Sequence record: MK250019.1
Length of the DNA stretch: 64,000 nt
Reading direction: 5' to 3' (one strand)
Part shown: positions 14,884-27,400 of the stretch, piece by piece
How the letters are laid out: every line of letters begins with the position of its first letter
How positions within the stretch are numbered: the first letter of the stretch is position 1
Position numbers and translations under genes: made by a program
The notes under the pieces: generated by a model
What the model was told of the DNA's origin: nothing
Seen by the model: the letters and a program-made list of their open reading frames with translations, nothing else
The model's database searches: none

Positions 14884-17800
14884 TTAAGCATTTCTGAAGA
14901 AACCATCGATTGTAGTATTCTTGAAATAGAAAGTAACTCTACCTTGTGTAGGTATATTATTACCATAATAATTATGATTTGTCTAACCTGGACGTAATGG
15001 ATGTTGAATACCTTTTTGCTGAGGTATAACTCTATTACCAGCTGTATGAGCAGGTTGCTATACATTATTATGTTGTTGAGTATTAGTTGACGTACCTGTA
15101 TTAGTTGTGATAAGATCTAATAATTCTCTAATACCATCAAATCTATTAAGAATTGCATTCTCATCAAGTCTATCAAATGAAGTCTTCATTCTATCAACTG
15201 CTACTGCAATATTATTAATCTTATTAGCAAATTGCTATAATGCATTATTACGTGCTTTTTCCTTATTAATAATTTCATCATCTAATGATTTTAATGCTCT
15301 ACGTGCAGCTTCAAGTTTAGTTGTATATATTTCGACTTTACTTGTAGTAACTTGTATCTATGCAGTAAATGTTTTTAACCTTGCAGTATATGTACGCATA
15401 GAACCAGAAGTAACATTCATATTTCTATTAATTTCTGGAGATGTTAATCTCTTTATATTATTAATAAACATATTTATATGTATTCCTAACTGTTTCTGGC
15501 GTTGCATTTCTCTTGACAGATAAATCATTTTCTTTGCAATCTCTAAATAAAGATCCATAAATTGTGATGTTCTCCTAAAATCAATACTATCTGATGCTTT
15601 TGAAACACCTATCATTTGTCGTTGCATTTTTGTTAATATATTACCAAAATTAGTAACTGCTGTAATAGGTTTAACTTTAGTATTAAATGATAATTGATTT
15701 ATTATTTTTCTATATACACCAACAACTTTATATACAGAAACTACAAATTTCTGTGCAATATCAGCAGATGGTTTTGAGGTTTCAAATATTTTACCACTTA
15801 TACTAAAATATGTAGCTAACTATGTTAATACAGATGTAAACTTAGATGCAACTTCATTTCCTTGTGATAAAACTTTACCCTTATCATCTGTCATTGCTGT
15901 TATTATTCTCTTAAGATTATCTACAGATGTTTTAATTGTTTTCATTACAGCATTGACTACTTTAGCGGTTGATTGAATTTTATTATATTTTTCCATATTT
16001 TCTTTTTTAGAAAGATTATTAGAAATAATAGTAATAAAATCAACAAATGCATTTGCAATGTTTTGAGATATTGTTCTTATGAATTTAGGTTGTAAACATA
16101 AATAATCCTTTGACTATGCAGTAGTTCCCTTTTTATTAGATGTTAATGATAAGAAAGGTTTTAATGTATTTGAAAAATCTTTTACTGCTTTCATAATAGG
16201 ATTAATAGTATTCTTTATAATATCTGCAATACTTTCCGCTTTCTCTATAAAACCTTCATTTGCAAAACTCTTTACAAGGTAATTTATAAATTCTACAAAC
16301 ATCCTACCTACTTCTCTTGCAGCGTTAGTAAATGCACCACGTTTTAATTTCTTCGTTATCGGTATTAATTTACCATCTTTATCTTTAACATAATGATCTA
16401 CATATACACCTGTTGCTAATTTAAGAATTGCATCAACATACTGACCAACTCCTTCCATAACAGGTCCAATAGAACCACCTATTGCATTTAATGCATCTTC
16501 CGTTTTATTCCCCCAGAATGAACCATGTCGTTCAAATACTGTTACTAATTGATCTACAAAATAAGAAAATGTTGTAGCAACAGAAATTGCTGCCATTATA
16601 AAATCAATTGGTGTCACTTTAGCAAGATGTGGTACAGTATAATTACCATCTTTATCTTTCATATAATAATCTGTATATGTACCCGTTGCTAATTTCATAA
16701 TAGCATCAACAAATTTACCTACACCTTCCATAATAGGCATAATAGAATCTTTCATTGCATCCATTGCCCATATCATATTAGGTTGTAATTGATTAAAAGA
16801 TTTTCCTAACTAAACAATGAAATCACCAAAACGTTCTGAAACAAATGTTGCAGATGTAGAAAATATAGAAGGATCTACCTATTCATATTCAGGTTTACCA
16901 TTTTTATCATAACCTGTTACAATCTACATAGTAGAAACTTTAATTACTGTATCAACAAATTTTGATACTGCATCCATAACAGGTTCCATTACCTAACCAA
17001 CAGTTGATATAGCAAACATTGCTTTAAATGACATCTTATCAAATGCATCACTTAACGACTATAAGAATATATTAAACTGAGATGAAATTGCAGTTGCTGC
17101 CTTACTAAAATCGGTAGCAGTTACTTTTCTAAATATAGGTTTCTTATTATTATCATAACCAATTATATATGTACCTGTTGCAACTTTCATCACAATATCG
17201 ACAAAAGTACTAACCTATTTCATAATAGGATCCATTACCTACATTAATAATGATATTCCTAATATTGATAATGCATCAAGTTTTTTAAAACCATCACTTA
17301 AACCTGTTAAAAATTCTGTAAATCCTTTTGTAACAGCAGAAGCTGCATCTGCAAATACAGTCGCAGGTAAATGTTCATACATAGGTTTACCATTATCATC
17401 ATAGCCAGCAATATAATTCATTGTTGCAACTTTCATAATAATATCAATGTAATCAGATATTGTTGTTAATATAGGACGTAATGCCATCGAAATTATTAAT
17501 GCCATTGCAGTTCCGTCAAAATCGCTAAATGCTTTAACAATTGCTTGCATTGAACCAAGAACACTATTAACATCATCTTTTGATTTGCCTAACATTATTT
17601 CTGAAAATGTTTGAATCATCTTTGAATCACAAATCTCTGTTATATATTTCATCTACATAACAGTTAATGTTAATACACCAAATACTGCCATAATAATAGG
17701 AGCAAATGCGCCAGCGGCAATTGCCTATGCCATTTGTATAGGGTTCGGTGCAGCAGCTTTTATAACATCATACATTACTTCATATAATGCTACCGCTGTT

Positions 17801-20800
17801 TTACCAGTCTCCCTCATTTTCTATTCATTCATTACCATAACAAGTGATAATGCTTTCATAAATAATACCATAACGCCTGATACAACTGTCATAATACCAC
17901 CTATTACAGTTAATACTGCACCACCAGCAATAATTAAAGGAAGTAATGGTGTTAACGCACCTATAGCAGTAAATACAGTTCCCATTATCGCGAATAATCC
18001 AATCATTGTTGCAGCACCTAAAAATACAGCACCACCTTTGTTCAAATCATCAACTTTCTTCGCTTCATATGCAAATAATAACAAAGTTGCGCCAGTAATA
18101 TCCATTAATACTCCTATCGCTGTCATAACAATACCGCCGATAATAGTATCTGGTAAGAATTGTTCTAACTTAGAAATACCAAACATTACTGCACCCATTA
18201 ATGCTAATGTTCCTATCATTGTAGCAGCACCTAAGAATACTGCACCGCCTTTATTTAATTCATCTATCTTCTTTGCTTCATAAGCAAATAATAAACATGC
18301 TGTTCCTGTAGCTAACATAACAACTGCAACAGCTGTCATAATAACTGCACCAATTGCTAATTCAACCGCAAACTTATCAGCAAATTTTCCTATCAAGAAT
18401 AATACGGCACCAAATATTGCAATAATACCTAACACAACACCTGCACCAATCAATGCTTCAGGCCACATTTTACCTATAGGAATCAATATATCTTTAGTAA
18501 TTAAGGAAATTCCCAATAAGATAAATGCCATAGCTGCAGTTGCTAATATAGCGTATCCTGCTTTTTTACCATCAACTTTAGATAATATATATGTACCAAA
18601 TATAAGAGCTGCGATAATGAATAATGTTATACCCATACCTATACCAGCTTCTTTACCATTCTAACCAATTGGTATTAATAAATCTTTTGTAATTAAAGCA
18701 ATACCCATATAGATAACAGCTAATACAACAGTTGCTGCTAAACTCCATAATGCATGTTTACCATTAATTTTTGATAACATATATACACCAAATATTAATC
18801 CTGCAACAATAAACATTGTTGCTATTGCACCTATCATTATATCACCAAAATTCTAACCAATCGGAACCAATATATCTTTAGATATTAATGCAATACCCAT
18901 ATAGATAACAGCAAGAATCGCAGTTGCTGCTAATCCACATAATGCACGTTTACCATTTACCTTATTTAATAATTGAACACCATATATTAAACCGCCTATT
19001 ATAGCAAGTGTTATAATTGCACCACCTATTACATCATCTGCTTTTTTACCTATAGGTATTAATAATGCTAATGATATAATTGAAACTAATGCAAAAATTA
19101 ATGATATTTTTAATAAATTAGATGCACCTTGCTCTATATCTTTATTTGCTTTAGCTATATATTTAACTGCAAAAATACCCAATGCTATAACTAATGAAAC
19201 AACAAGTCCACCTGTCATAACATCTCCTAAACTATTACCTATTGGTGCTAATAAAGTTGCAGATACCAAAGCAATTATAGCAAATACTCCTGCAATCTTT
19301 AACATTGCATTTGTTGATGCGTTAAGATTTTTAGAATCTATAGAAGATAATTTATTCACAAGATAAACTGAACCTGCAACAAATAATGTCAATATTCCTA
19401 ATGATGCTATAATTGTTTTAACACTATTATTCTTTACCGTTAATGCTAATAATAATAAAGACACAGACAATGACATTACCATTAAACCAATACCAGTTAA
19501 TACACCTTGAGCATATTTTAAACTTTTATCAAGTTTCTGATCTGATAAATCTTTTATTAGATTCTTAAATCCATTTACAGCAGATCTTAATATTAATAAA
19601 CTGACTACTACTGTACCAATACCAACTAATTTAGTTACTAACGATAATGCTATTAATATACTACCAATAGTTCCTATTGATATTGATAACATTTCTATAA
19701 TAGTGCTGGAATCTTTTACATCTTTTTTATTTAAATCTGTTACTAAATCTGTTACTGTAGTTTTCATGAATTTAATTAAATAACGAACAACAAGTACAGA
19801 TTCAACTATTGTTTTAAATGATGTAACCTTTATAGTTAATGCAATGAATATAACACCTAATAATAATGTACGCATTGCATTATTCCAAGCATCAAAAAAT
19901 CCAGATATTGCATTAACCTAGTCTGCATCCCAATTTTGAGTTAATATTGTATTAAAGAAATTAACTAATTTCTATGCACGTTTCTCTGTTAATGAACTTA
20001 CAGCGAATTTAAAGTTCAATACCTGCATTTTTTTAATGTCGAATAAAACAGTTAATATTGCAACCATACTGTTAACTGTTTTATATGCTTGCTCTTCCTT
20101 TGGTATTTTATTAACAAATGTTGCAAAGAAATCACCAAGTATTGTAGCAGTAACTTTATTTAATGTTCTAGCTAATTTAAAAACAGAAAATTTCTGTTTA
20201 GGATCTGCAAGTTTTACAAGAGGATCTAATATACCACCTAAATATTTTATGCTTTCATCTACTTTTAAATCACCTTTTAAATATTTAGAAATTGATGTTA
20301 TAAACTAACCTAATTGTCTACCTAATAACCAACCTCTAATAGGATTTAAATTGATTTTCATTTTAAATACATTAGAATCAACTAATTTAGATATACCACC
20401 CATTAAATCTCCTATTGGTTTAATAAGCTTTTCTATATCTTTCTATTTAGGATTTGCTTTACTGATAGAATTAATTAATGTGGTAATAAATTTACCCATT
20501 CGCTTTGCTGATTTTACATCGAGTCTATTAATATTTGCCTATAGTTTAATCATATCTATAGCAACTAAAGTTCCCAGAGTTTCAACAACCGCTTTTATAA
20601 TACCAACACTTTTACCTACCTATTTAGAATTCTATAATGTTAATCCCTAAATAAAATCAACAATATTCTTTGCACCTTCTGCATTTATTTCAGTCATCTT
20701 ATTAATAGCTTTCAAGAAACTATCAATATTATCAAATGTATCATTATCGACTTTAAGACTTGATAAAACAGTATTTACATTTCCTATAGATGTGGCAACT

Positions 20801-21048
20801 TTATTTAATACGTCATTATCTATTGATTCCATTGCAACTAGACCTTTTGATAATTTCTCTAACTATTCACCGACTGTTGCTGCTGATTCATCTTTAGCTG
20901 TCTCAACAATACCCTATAACAAACTTACTATAGTACTATCAGCTTTCTATTCAAGAGTTTCTTTCTTTTTCTCTTCATGCTGATTTACCATAGTATCAAG
21001 AATGTTAAAAATACCGTTAAGTGCTTCTTCAGAAGACATTTGTGCCAT
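14884..21048 (-). CDS. Tail tape-measure-like protein, 2,054 aa, more than 20 in-frame TAG
   Basis: Six - ORF fragments in one frame, from ATG 21048 to TAA 14884. Long Ala/Gly/Ile/Leu-rich hydrophobic helical repeats flanked by coiled-coil regions. Confidence 0.7.
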
Positions 21049-21070
21049 ATCGTTTTAAATCGTTTAATTT

Positions 21071-21436
21071 TTATTTAGATGTTGTTTTCTTTTTCTATAC
21101 AACATATTGGTTATGTTTTATCTATTTAACAGTATATATAATACCTGTTGTTTTATCATATAATGTTGAATATTCATATACATTATTATCATCACCATCT
21201 TTAATAGGTGTTTTTATCCATTTATTATATCCAGGTAATTTATCTGCTTTTGTTAATGAATCTAATTGTAAAATATCTAATGTATCATTTTTCATTGTTT
21301 TTACTGATTTAATAGAAACGGAATATGTAGAATCATTTGATTTATTGTTTCCTGTATTCTATTTTAAATCACAAGAATTAAATGAAAAAGTAAGGCTTAA
21401 TAAAGAGCCTAATAAAATATACTTCAAACTTTTCAT
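21071..21436 (-). CDS. Lipoprotein, 121 aa, 3 in-frame TAG (absent from the ORF track)
   Basis: MKSLKYILLGSLLSLTFSFNSC: signal peptide ending in a lipobox Cys; ends at TAA 21071. Confidence 0.75.
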
Positions 21437-21488
21437 AATTATTTAAATATTATTAGTTAAAATATTTAATATATTTATTAGTTATAAA

Positions 21489-21517
21489 TAGACAATATCA
21501 ATGTTTATAACTATAAT
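21489..21517 (+). promoter_or_regulatory. Sigma70-like promoter (class II)
   Basis: TAGACA-N17-TATAAT, 28 nt upstream of ATG 21545. Confidence 0.65.
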
Positions 21518-21544
21518 AAATTAAGTAAAATTATATATTCATAT

Positions 21545-22051
21545 ATGGGAAGAAAAAAGAAAGACAATAATGAAGATGTTGAAAAAATAAAAACACCTAA
21601 AGCTATTGGTCCATATGATATTATTTCTATGATGTGTACTAATTTTGAAGGATTCAATAAATTATCTGATACGATATTAGATAAAAATTTCTTTTTAATT
21701 AATAGAGTATTTAGTATTAAATATCCTTTACAAGGTGCATTATTTAATAAGAATACAATTAATACAGCAGGTGTAATTAAATCATGGGCAATGTTTATAT
21801 CAAGTAAAGAAGGATATGGACGTGTGCCTTATTTTGTTTATACAAAAGGTGCAAAAAAATCTGCTAACACATCATCAAAGACTGATAAAATAGATAAAGA
21901 ATTAATTAAGGAATATTGTAAACGTTATAAAATTAATCTCAAAGATTTTGAGACATTAAAATCTTTATATTATGATGAACTTATAGCAGATGTTAAACGA
22001 TATGAAAAATTAATTTCAATTAAAGAACAAGAAAAAAATATTTCAAAATAA
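21545..22051 (+). CDS. Hypothetical protein, possibly gp62-like clamp-loader small subunit
   Basis: Clean ORF. NFFLINRVFS and ELIKEY recall T4-like gp62, but this resemblance is from memory and weak. Confidence 0.4.
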   Translation: MGRKKKDNNEDVEKIKTPKAIGPYDIISMMCTNFEGFNKLSDTILDKNFFLINRVFSIKYPLQGALFNKNTINTAGVIKSWAMFISSKEGYGRVPYFVYTKGAKKSANTSSKTDKIDKELIKEYCKRYKINLKDFETLKSLYYDELIADVKRYEKLISIKEQEKNISK

Positions 22052-22067
22052 ATCATAATAAACAAAA

Positions 22068-22697
22068 ATGATGAAGATATACCCAGAAAAATTAGTGAAG
22101 TCAATACAAACAATAATTGACTCAGGTAAAGTAGAAATTTCTACATTCAATTCATATGATGAATTTATTCCAGAAATTAATTCATGTGAAATTCATATAA
22201 AGTTTACAAAGAATTCAAAGGGAGATCGTGAACCTATTATTATGGTTAATAATAGTGATATTACATCCCAATTTATCAATAGTTGGCGAACATCTGCTCC
22301 AGGTAAATTTATGTGTAAAGATTATCGTAAAGATAAAAAAGATTTTATTGGTAATACTTTATATCATGTAGTTAAATTTACATTAGATGGTGTTAAGATG
22401 CAAATGATGGTAAGGCTTCTTACTGAAATTACAGAAGATTGTACAGAATCTGATAGAAAAGAACTTATTAATGAATATGGTGATTTATCTATCAGTGGTA
22501 AGATCTTTTCTATTATTAAGATAATGCCAGATGATGGTAGAAATGGATGGAATTGTTGGGATCGATATAAATCACGTGATAATAATTACATTATTAATCT
22601 ATATGAAACAAATTCAGCTTATATTGATGAAGCAAACGATGACAATGACAATAATGAATGTGATGAAGATTCAAATGAATCTGAACCATTGTTTTAA
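22068..22697 (+). CDS. Hypothetical protein (209 aa, acidic tail)
   Basis: Clean ORF in a + operon. Confidence 0.75.
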   Translation: MMKIYPEKLVKSIQTIIDSGKVEISTFNSYDEFIPEINSCEIHIKFTKNSKGDREPIIMVNNSDITSQFINSWRTSAPGKFMCKDYRKDKKDFIGNTLYHVVKFTLDGVKMQMMVRLLTEITEDCTESDRKELINEYGDLSISGKIFSIIKIMPDDGRNGWNCWDRYKSRDNNYIINLYETNSAYIDEANDDNDNNECDEDSNESEPLF

Positions 22698-22699
22698 TA

Positions 22700-23755
22700 A
22701 TGATTAAGGATATAACACAAATAGGAAATAAACCTGTTAGTTTTATAAAGGAATTTATTAATAATTGTACGATAGAAGAAAAAATAGATACTCATTATGT
22801 CATTGTTGAGATAACATCTAAACAAACTATAACAATTAAAAAAGCAACAGGAAAAGTCGTTGATAGAGTTGACATGATACTTAATAATATGTGGAGTCAA
22901 CTTGTAACTGATTGGAATTTTATTAAACTTGCAAATCAAGATTTATTTAAAGAACATGTAGGTTATAATATATCAATGTTTTACTTCCCTAGTAATAAAC
23001 CTTTATTAACAGAATATCCTAATAATATTAAATATCTTATAGATAGAATTACATATAATGATGAAAATATTAATCCTGATTCATTTATTAATAAAATCAG
23101 ATTAAAAGACAAGTTTAATATATCGATTAAACATAATTTAAAAAAATTATTAACTAATGATAATATAATAAATCTTATTAAAAATATTAATGGTGATACA
23201 AAACTTAATTATGATTATAAGAATTTATTTTATGAGTTAATAGATAAATCTGACATATTAGCAAAAGAGCCAGAAGGATATATATTTAAATGGAAAAAAA
23301 ATCTTTATCAACTTATATTTAATAACAGAGAACGTATAAATCCAGAGAAAACACAATATGAATATTTGTTATGTGATTTTGTTTCTTACTGTAAAAGTAT
23401 AAAATATCAAGATAAGATTCATCATAGTTATGTAAAAACAGTATGTGCATTATTTAATGATTATATAATAAATTGGGAAGAACAGAATCATAATATTGAA
23501 AATAATATAGATATAAATAGTATTCAATCACCAACATTAGGAACATCATTTGATATGGGATATGAATATATACCTGATATTATAACAATGAATTTATGTA
23601 AATCTAATGAATTATATAAAAGTATATTTAAAGTATTATTAGCAAATCTCAGAAGAGGTAAAGATAATAGTAAATGTATATACATGAATAAGAAGCAAGT
23701 TGATGATTGGAATATTATAATGAAAAATATTAAGGTAAGAACTTTAACAATTTAA
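22700..23755 (+). CDS. Hypothetical protein (351 aa)
   Basis: Clean ORF in a + operon. Confidence 0.75.
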   Translation: MIKDITQIGNKPVSFIKEFINNCTIEEKIDTHYVIVEITSKQTITIKKATGKVVDRVDMILNNMWSQLVTDWNFIKLANQDLFKEHVGYNISMFYFPSNKPLLTEYPNNIKYLIDRITYNDENINPDSFINKIRLKDKFNISIKHNLKKLLTNDNIINLIKNINGDTKLNYDYKNLFYELIDKSDILAKEPEGYIFKWKKNLYQLIFNNRERINPEKTQYEYLLCDFVSYCKSIKYQDKIHHSYVKTVCALFNDYIINWEEQNHNIENNIDINSIQSPTLGTSFDMGYEYIPDIITMNLCKSNELYKSIFKVLLANLRRGKDNSKCIYMNKKQVDDWNIIMKNIKVRTLTI

Positions 23756-23795
23756 GTATTTAATAAATATATAAAGTTAAATGTTAAATTAGGTT

Positions 23796-24062
23796 ATGAC
23801 TAAAATTATTTATAATATTACAAGTACACATGTAAATCCAGAAATTCCTGGTGACAATATATAGATATGTAATGAAAAACCAGTTAAAGTTGAGAAAATT
23901 CCTGGTTGGATGCATATAGATCCTATTAATACATAGATAGATTTAGAATCAGTTGCATATCAATTATCTGATTATAAATTTACACCTGGATTTACTGTAA
24001 CAGTGGATGATTTACTTCATCCTAAACCATTAGATTATGAAGCAACACCTAAATTTAAATAA
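23796..24062 (+). CDS. Small hypothetical protein, 88 aa, 2 in-frame TAG (absent from the ORF track)
   Basis: ATG 23796 to TAA 24060, preceded by TAATAAATAT at 23761 and followed by a terminator. Confidence 0.65.
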
Positions 24063-24067
24063 TAAGA

Positions 24068-24100
24068 AAAGAGGAATAACACCATTTGTTATTCCTCTTT
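24068..24100. terminator. Bidirectional intrinsic terminator
   Basis: 13-bp stem aaagaggaataac/gttattcctcttt. Confidence 0.9.
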
Positions 24101-24104
24101 ATTT

Positions 24105-24386
24105 TTATAGTGACAAATTAATATTCATTAAATCAAATAATTTATTTAATTGATCTGTTGTTTGAACTTCTACTGAAGCAACAGTTTCCATATCATCATT
24201 TTGAATAATACAATTCCAATCTCTACCAATCATATTGGTATGACCATTATTAATTGTTATTGTAAATGTATGATTAATAGGACCTACTGTTTTTGTGAAA
24301 ACATCCATAGATTCAAAATCACCAAATCCACTATCATAATCATATTCAAAATTATGAAAGATTAATAAATCTTTTGTTATATCCAT
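24105..24386 (-). CDS. Hypothetical protein
   Basis: Clean ORF. Confidence 0.7.
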   Translation of the reverse strand: MDITKDLLIFHNFEYDYDSGFGDFESMDVFTKTVGPINHTFTITINNGHTNMIGRDWNCIIQNDDMETVASVEVQTTDQLNKLFDLMNINLSL

Positions 24387-24404
24387 TTTAAAATATATTT
24401 TTAA

Positions 24405-25256
24405 TTAAATATCTTCTTCATATGTATCATCATCCTCGTCATCATGACTATTTAATTTATCATATGAATCCATAATAGCTTGTAATACTTTTTTCCCTTC
24501 TGTAATATATTGTTCATCATAATGCCAGGATTGACCAGCATTTCTTGAATTACAAAAAGTTCCATTCAATAAAGCTAATGTATTAATAAAAGAACACCAC
24601 TCTATTGTAGCATCTGCAAATACATCCCAATTTACTACAGAATTATTATAAAATCCCATAGATCTTGGTAATGTAGATAACAAATTCCATGTATACATAT
24701 TTGGCATATAATCATGATATTTGTCATCTTGTAAATCTGCTTCAATCTTAATACGATCATTTACATTATAATCAAATATATTATCATATGTACCTATTTT
24801 ATGAAGAATTTCTTTCATTAAATCAATGTCATATGTCATTGATTTATATATTGAATACTTCTCATATATAACAGTATATTCATTCTGTTCAGTAGGTGCA
24901 TATCGAGCTTTACTTATTGTATCTAATTTTGTAAATAAATCTTTAACTGCATCTGGTTGTTCATCATATTTTTTATACTTATTCCAGTTATATAAAATAA
25001 TTTCTGTAATTTTGATGAAATCCATATTAAGTTTACCTTTAAGTATTCTTGTAGTTTCATCTTCATCGTAATCATCAAATACACCATAATCGCCCATAGA
25101 ACCTATAACAGGAATATGCATAGGAATTAATGGACTTTCCAAATAACAAGGAATATTTGAAACATTCTTATTTTTCTTACAAATAATAGCTACAGTTGTT
25201 TCACCTCGTTTTATAGGAACTCGTGAAAAAAATCCGGATACACAAAAATCACCCAT
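24405..25256 (-). CDS. Hypothetical protein (283 aa)
   Basis: Clean ORF. Confidence 0.75.
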   Translation of the reverse strand: MGDFCVSGFFSRVPIKRGETTVAIICKKNKNVSNIPCYLESPLIPMHIPVIGSMGDYGVFDDYDEDETTRILKGKLNMDFIKITEIILYNWNKYKKYDEQPDAVKDLFTKLDTISKARYAPTEQNEYTVIYEKYSIYKSMTYDIDLMKEILHKIGTYDNIFDYNVNDRIKIEADLQDDKYHDYMPNMYTWNLLSTLPRSMGFYNNSVVNWDVFADATIEWCSFINTLALLNGTFCNSRNAGQSWHYDEQYITEGKKVLQAIMDSYDKLNSHDDEDDDTYEEDI

Positions 25257-25257
25257 T

Positions 25258-25752
25258 TTATCCTATGTTTTTAATATAATTATTTAAAATATCAGTCCAT
25301 TTTTCATTATCTGCAATATTACAGATATATCGTATTGCACTAGAAAAACAATTTTCTAATGTATTAAAAGACAAATAAGATTCGCCTTCATTAACATGTT
25401 TTTCCCATAGCTGGTTTGCAACAGTGCTTACAGGAATAATAACATATGACCATTCCTTATTTTCTTTACTATATGTTGGTTGAATGATAAAACCCATATA
25501 TTTTTCAAACCAATCAATAACTTCAAAAACAGTAGGTGCTGGAATCCAATTTGCAGATGGATAAGTAATACCCCAATCAGAATTATGTGGTTCCAAATCT
25601 CCTGTATGCCATACACGTTCAGCAGTTGGGTTTTTAGGATCTCCTTTAACTGCTTTAATACCTACAGGTGCCTTTAAATATAAATCTTCAGTATATTCAT
25701 CAAAACCTAAGTTATTAAGAATTACTGATAAATTAAAATCAACATGTTTCAT
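25258..25752 (-). CDS. Hypothetical protein
   Basis: Clean ORF, coupled to its neighbours. Confidence 0.75.
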   Translation of the reverse strand: MKHVDFNLSVILNNLGFDEYTEDLYLKAPVGIKAVKGDPKNPTAERVWHTGDLEPHNSDWGITYPSANWIPAPTVFEVIDWFEKYMGFIIQPTYSKENKEWSYVIIPVSTVANQLWEKHVNEGESYLSFNTLENCFSSAIRYICNIADNEKWTDILNNYIKNIG

Positions 25753-25757
25753 TATCT

Positions 25758-26186
25758 TTATAATTTAATATCATCTGAATTTAATAATGTATTTCTCTTA
25801 TTATCAACAAGAATAAACCGTGCATTAATATATAACAGTTCATTCTTTAATTTTTGAACATCTTTTTTAGATGTATTTTCAAATATAATAAATTTATATG
25901 ACGAAAAATATTCTAATAGTTCTTCAAAAATATTTCTTAATTGTAACATATCACCAAAACGTTCAAAATTATTATAATAACGTTCATGTGGAATTGGTTT
26001 ATTATTACAAATATTTTCTACCAATTCTATAATTTCATCACATTTTTCAAATAACCTTAATATATCATCTTTTTTATCATTATTATGATATTCTGGTTTC
26101 TTTGAATATAAATTCCACATATGACTAAATATATAGCGATATATAGAAAATCTATTATTATAAAACGTTAAATCAATTCTTTCCAT
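25758..26186 (-). CDS. Hypothetical protein
   Basis: Clean ORF directly downstream of a class I promoter. Confidence 0.75.
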   Translation of the reverse strand: MERIDLTFYNNRFSIYRYIFSHMWNLYSKKPEYHNNDKKDDILRLFEKCDEIIELVENICNNKPIPHERYYNNFERFGDMLQLRNIFEELLEYFSSYKFIIFENTSKKDVQKLKNELLYINARFILVDNKRNTLLNSDDIKL

Positions 26187-26200
26187 TTATATATTTTATT

Positions 26201-26236
26201 AATACAAAGATACACATTTATTTTTAAATATAAAAA
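26201..26236 (-). promoter_or_regulatory. Bacteroidota-type (host RNAP) promoter, class I
   Basis: Minus strand TTTTTATATTT-N-TGTATCTTTGTATT contains the TAnnTTTG -7 consensus; one of six copies sharing an exact 14-mer. Confidence 0.8.
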
Positions 26237-26237
26237 T

Positions 26238-26678
26238 TTAACGTGCACGCATTACTTCAAAATATTGTTCAATTAACTTATTAATTAAAAGTTCATATGT
26301 AAATCCATAAGGATTGTTTGGACCAAATACTTTCATATCTGTTGGTGATATAGCATATTGTAATTTCGTATCACCTATTTTTACTTTATTAATATTATCT
26401 TCTGTCAATGGAATATCACTTATATAACTAAATAATCGTATAGTATAAGATTTAAATACAGGAGATAAAAAAATCTTCGCATATAGATATGGTGTAGATG
26501 GTGAATTTAATTTATATACATATGTTTTACCTGCCCAATCATCATATGTAAATAACCATTGTAAAGGATATACATCTTTAAATTCTGGTAATATATCTAT
26601 ATTCGAAACTGATTTAGTTACAATTTCTGGATCTAATTTTGGTTTACCTTTATTTAATAGTTTATCTATTATTTTCAT
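26238..26678 (-). CDS. Hypothetical protein
   Basis: Clean ORF. Confidence 0.75.
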   Translation of the reverse strand: MKIIDKLLNKGKPKLDPEIVTKSVSNIDILPEFKDVYPLQWLFTYDDWAGKTYVYKLNSPSTPYLYAKIFLSPVFKSYTIRLFSYISDIPLTEDNINKVKIGDTKLQYAISPTDMKVFGPNNPYGFTYELLINKLIEQYFEVMRAR

Positions 26679-26682
26679 ATAA

Positions 26683-27345
26683 TTATTCTATAATTTTTAA
26701 ATCATCTGGTATATAACAATCACTACCTAAATATTTGATATATTCTTTAACTGGTTTCTTTACTTTTTTCCAATATGGTAATTTATCATCTTTACTTTGA
26801 TAATAGATATAACTATCAAAATATGTTATTTCCTCTATTTTACCATCATGTTCAACTTTACATGTTTTATAATTATCTTCATCGAAATAGCTTGCAAGAT
26901 CCATCCATACTAATAAATCTTCTAATATCATTATTGAAAATGGTATAGTAATATATGCTGTATTCGTTGTTTTCTTTTCATATATAATATTTCCCATATT
27001 ATCCTTTGAAACTGTTAATCCTTTATAATCGCCTGTAATTTGCCAATTCGGATTATCAATAAAGTATTGTAATAAAAATTCTAATGGTTTTCTTTCTTCA
27101 GGAATTATAGAATAATCTATTGATAAATTATATTCACCAAATCTTAAATTATCTGCTATGCATTGTCTTACATCAATTACTAAACGTTTTCTTTGTTCTT
27201 TATTAAAATTATCAAATTCATATTTTGCTATATTTAATGCATGTTGATGTGCAGCAATAGTATGTCTACCTATTGCATATCTATATGACATCCATACTAA
27301 ATCTTCATGATATGCATTTAAATATTCATCTTTCTATTTTTTCAT
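26683..27345 (-). CDS. Hypothetical protein; probable start at 27345 with TAG at codon 4
   Basis: In-frame upstream ATG gives MKK(Q)KDEYLNAYHEDLVWMSYRY; the alternative start is 27291. Confidence 0.65.
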
Positions 27346-27355
27346 ATAAAATAAA

Positions 27356-27393
27356 AAAGTCTGTTTATATTTTATACAATATAAACAGACTTT
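27356..27393. terminator. Intrinsic terminator downstream of clpP
   Basis: 15-bp stem aaagtctgtttatat/atataaacagacttt. Confidence 0.85.
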
Positions 27394-27400
27394 AGTTTTA

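Noticed and set aside
14823-15523. ORFs 14823-15065 (-) and 15107-15523 (+)
   Set aside because: They overlap the recoded tape-measure C-terminus in another frame or strand.
18038-21446. + strand ORFs 18038, 20036, 20351, 20792 and 21021
   Set aside because: Antisense to the tape-measure-like gene and the lipoprotein gene.
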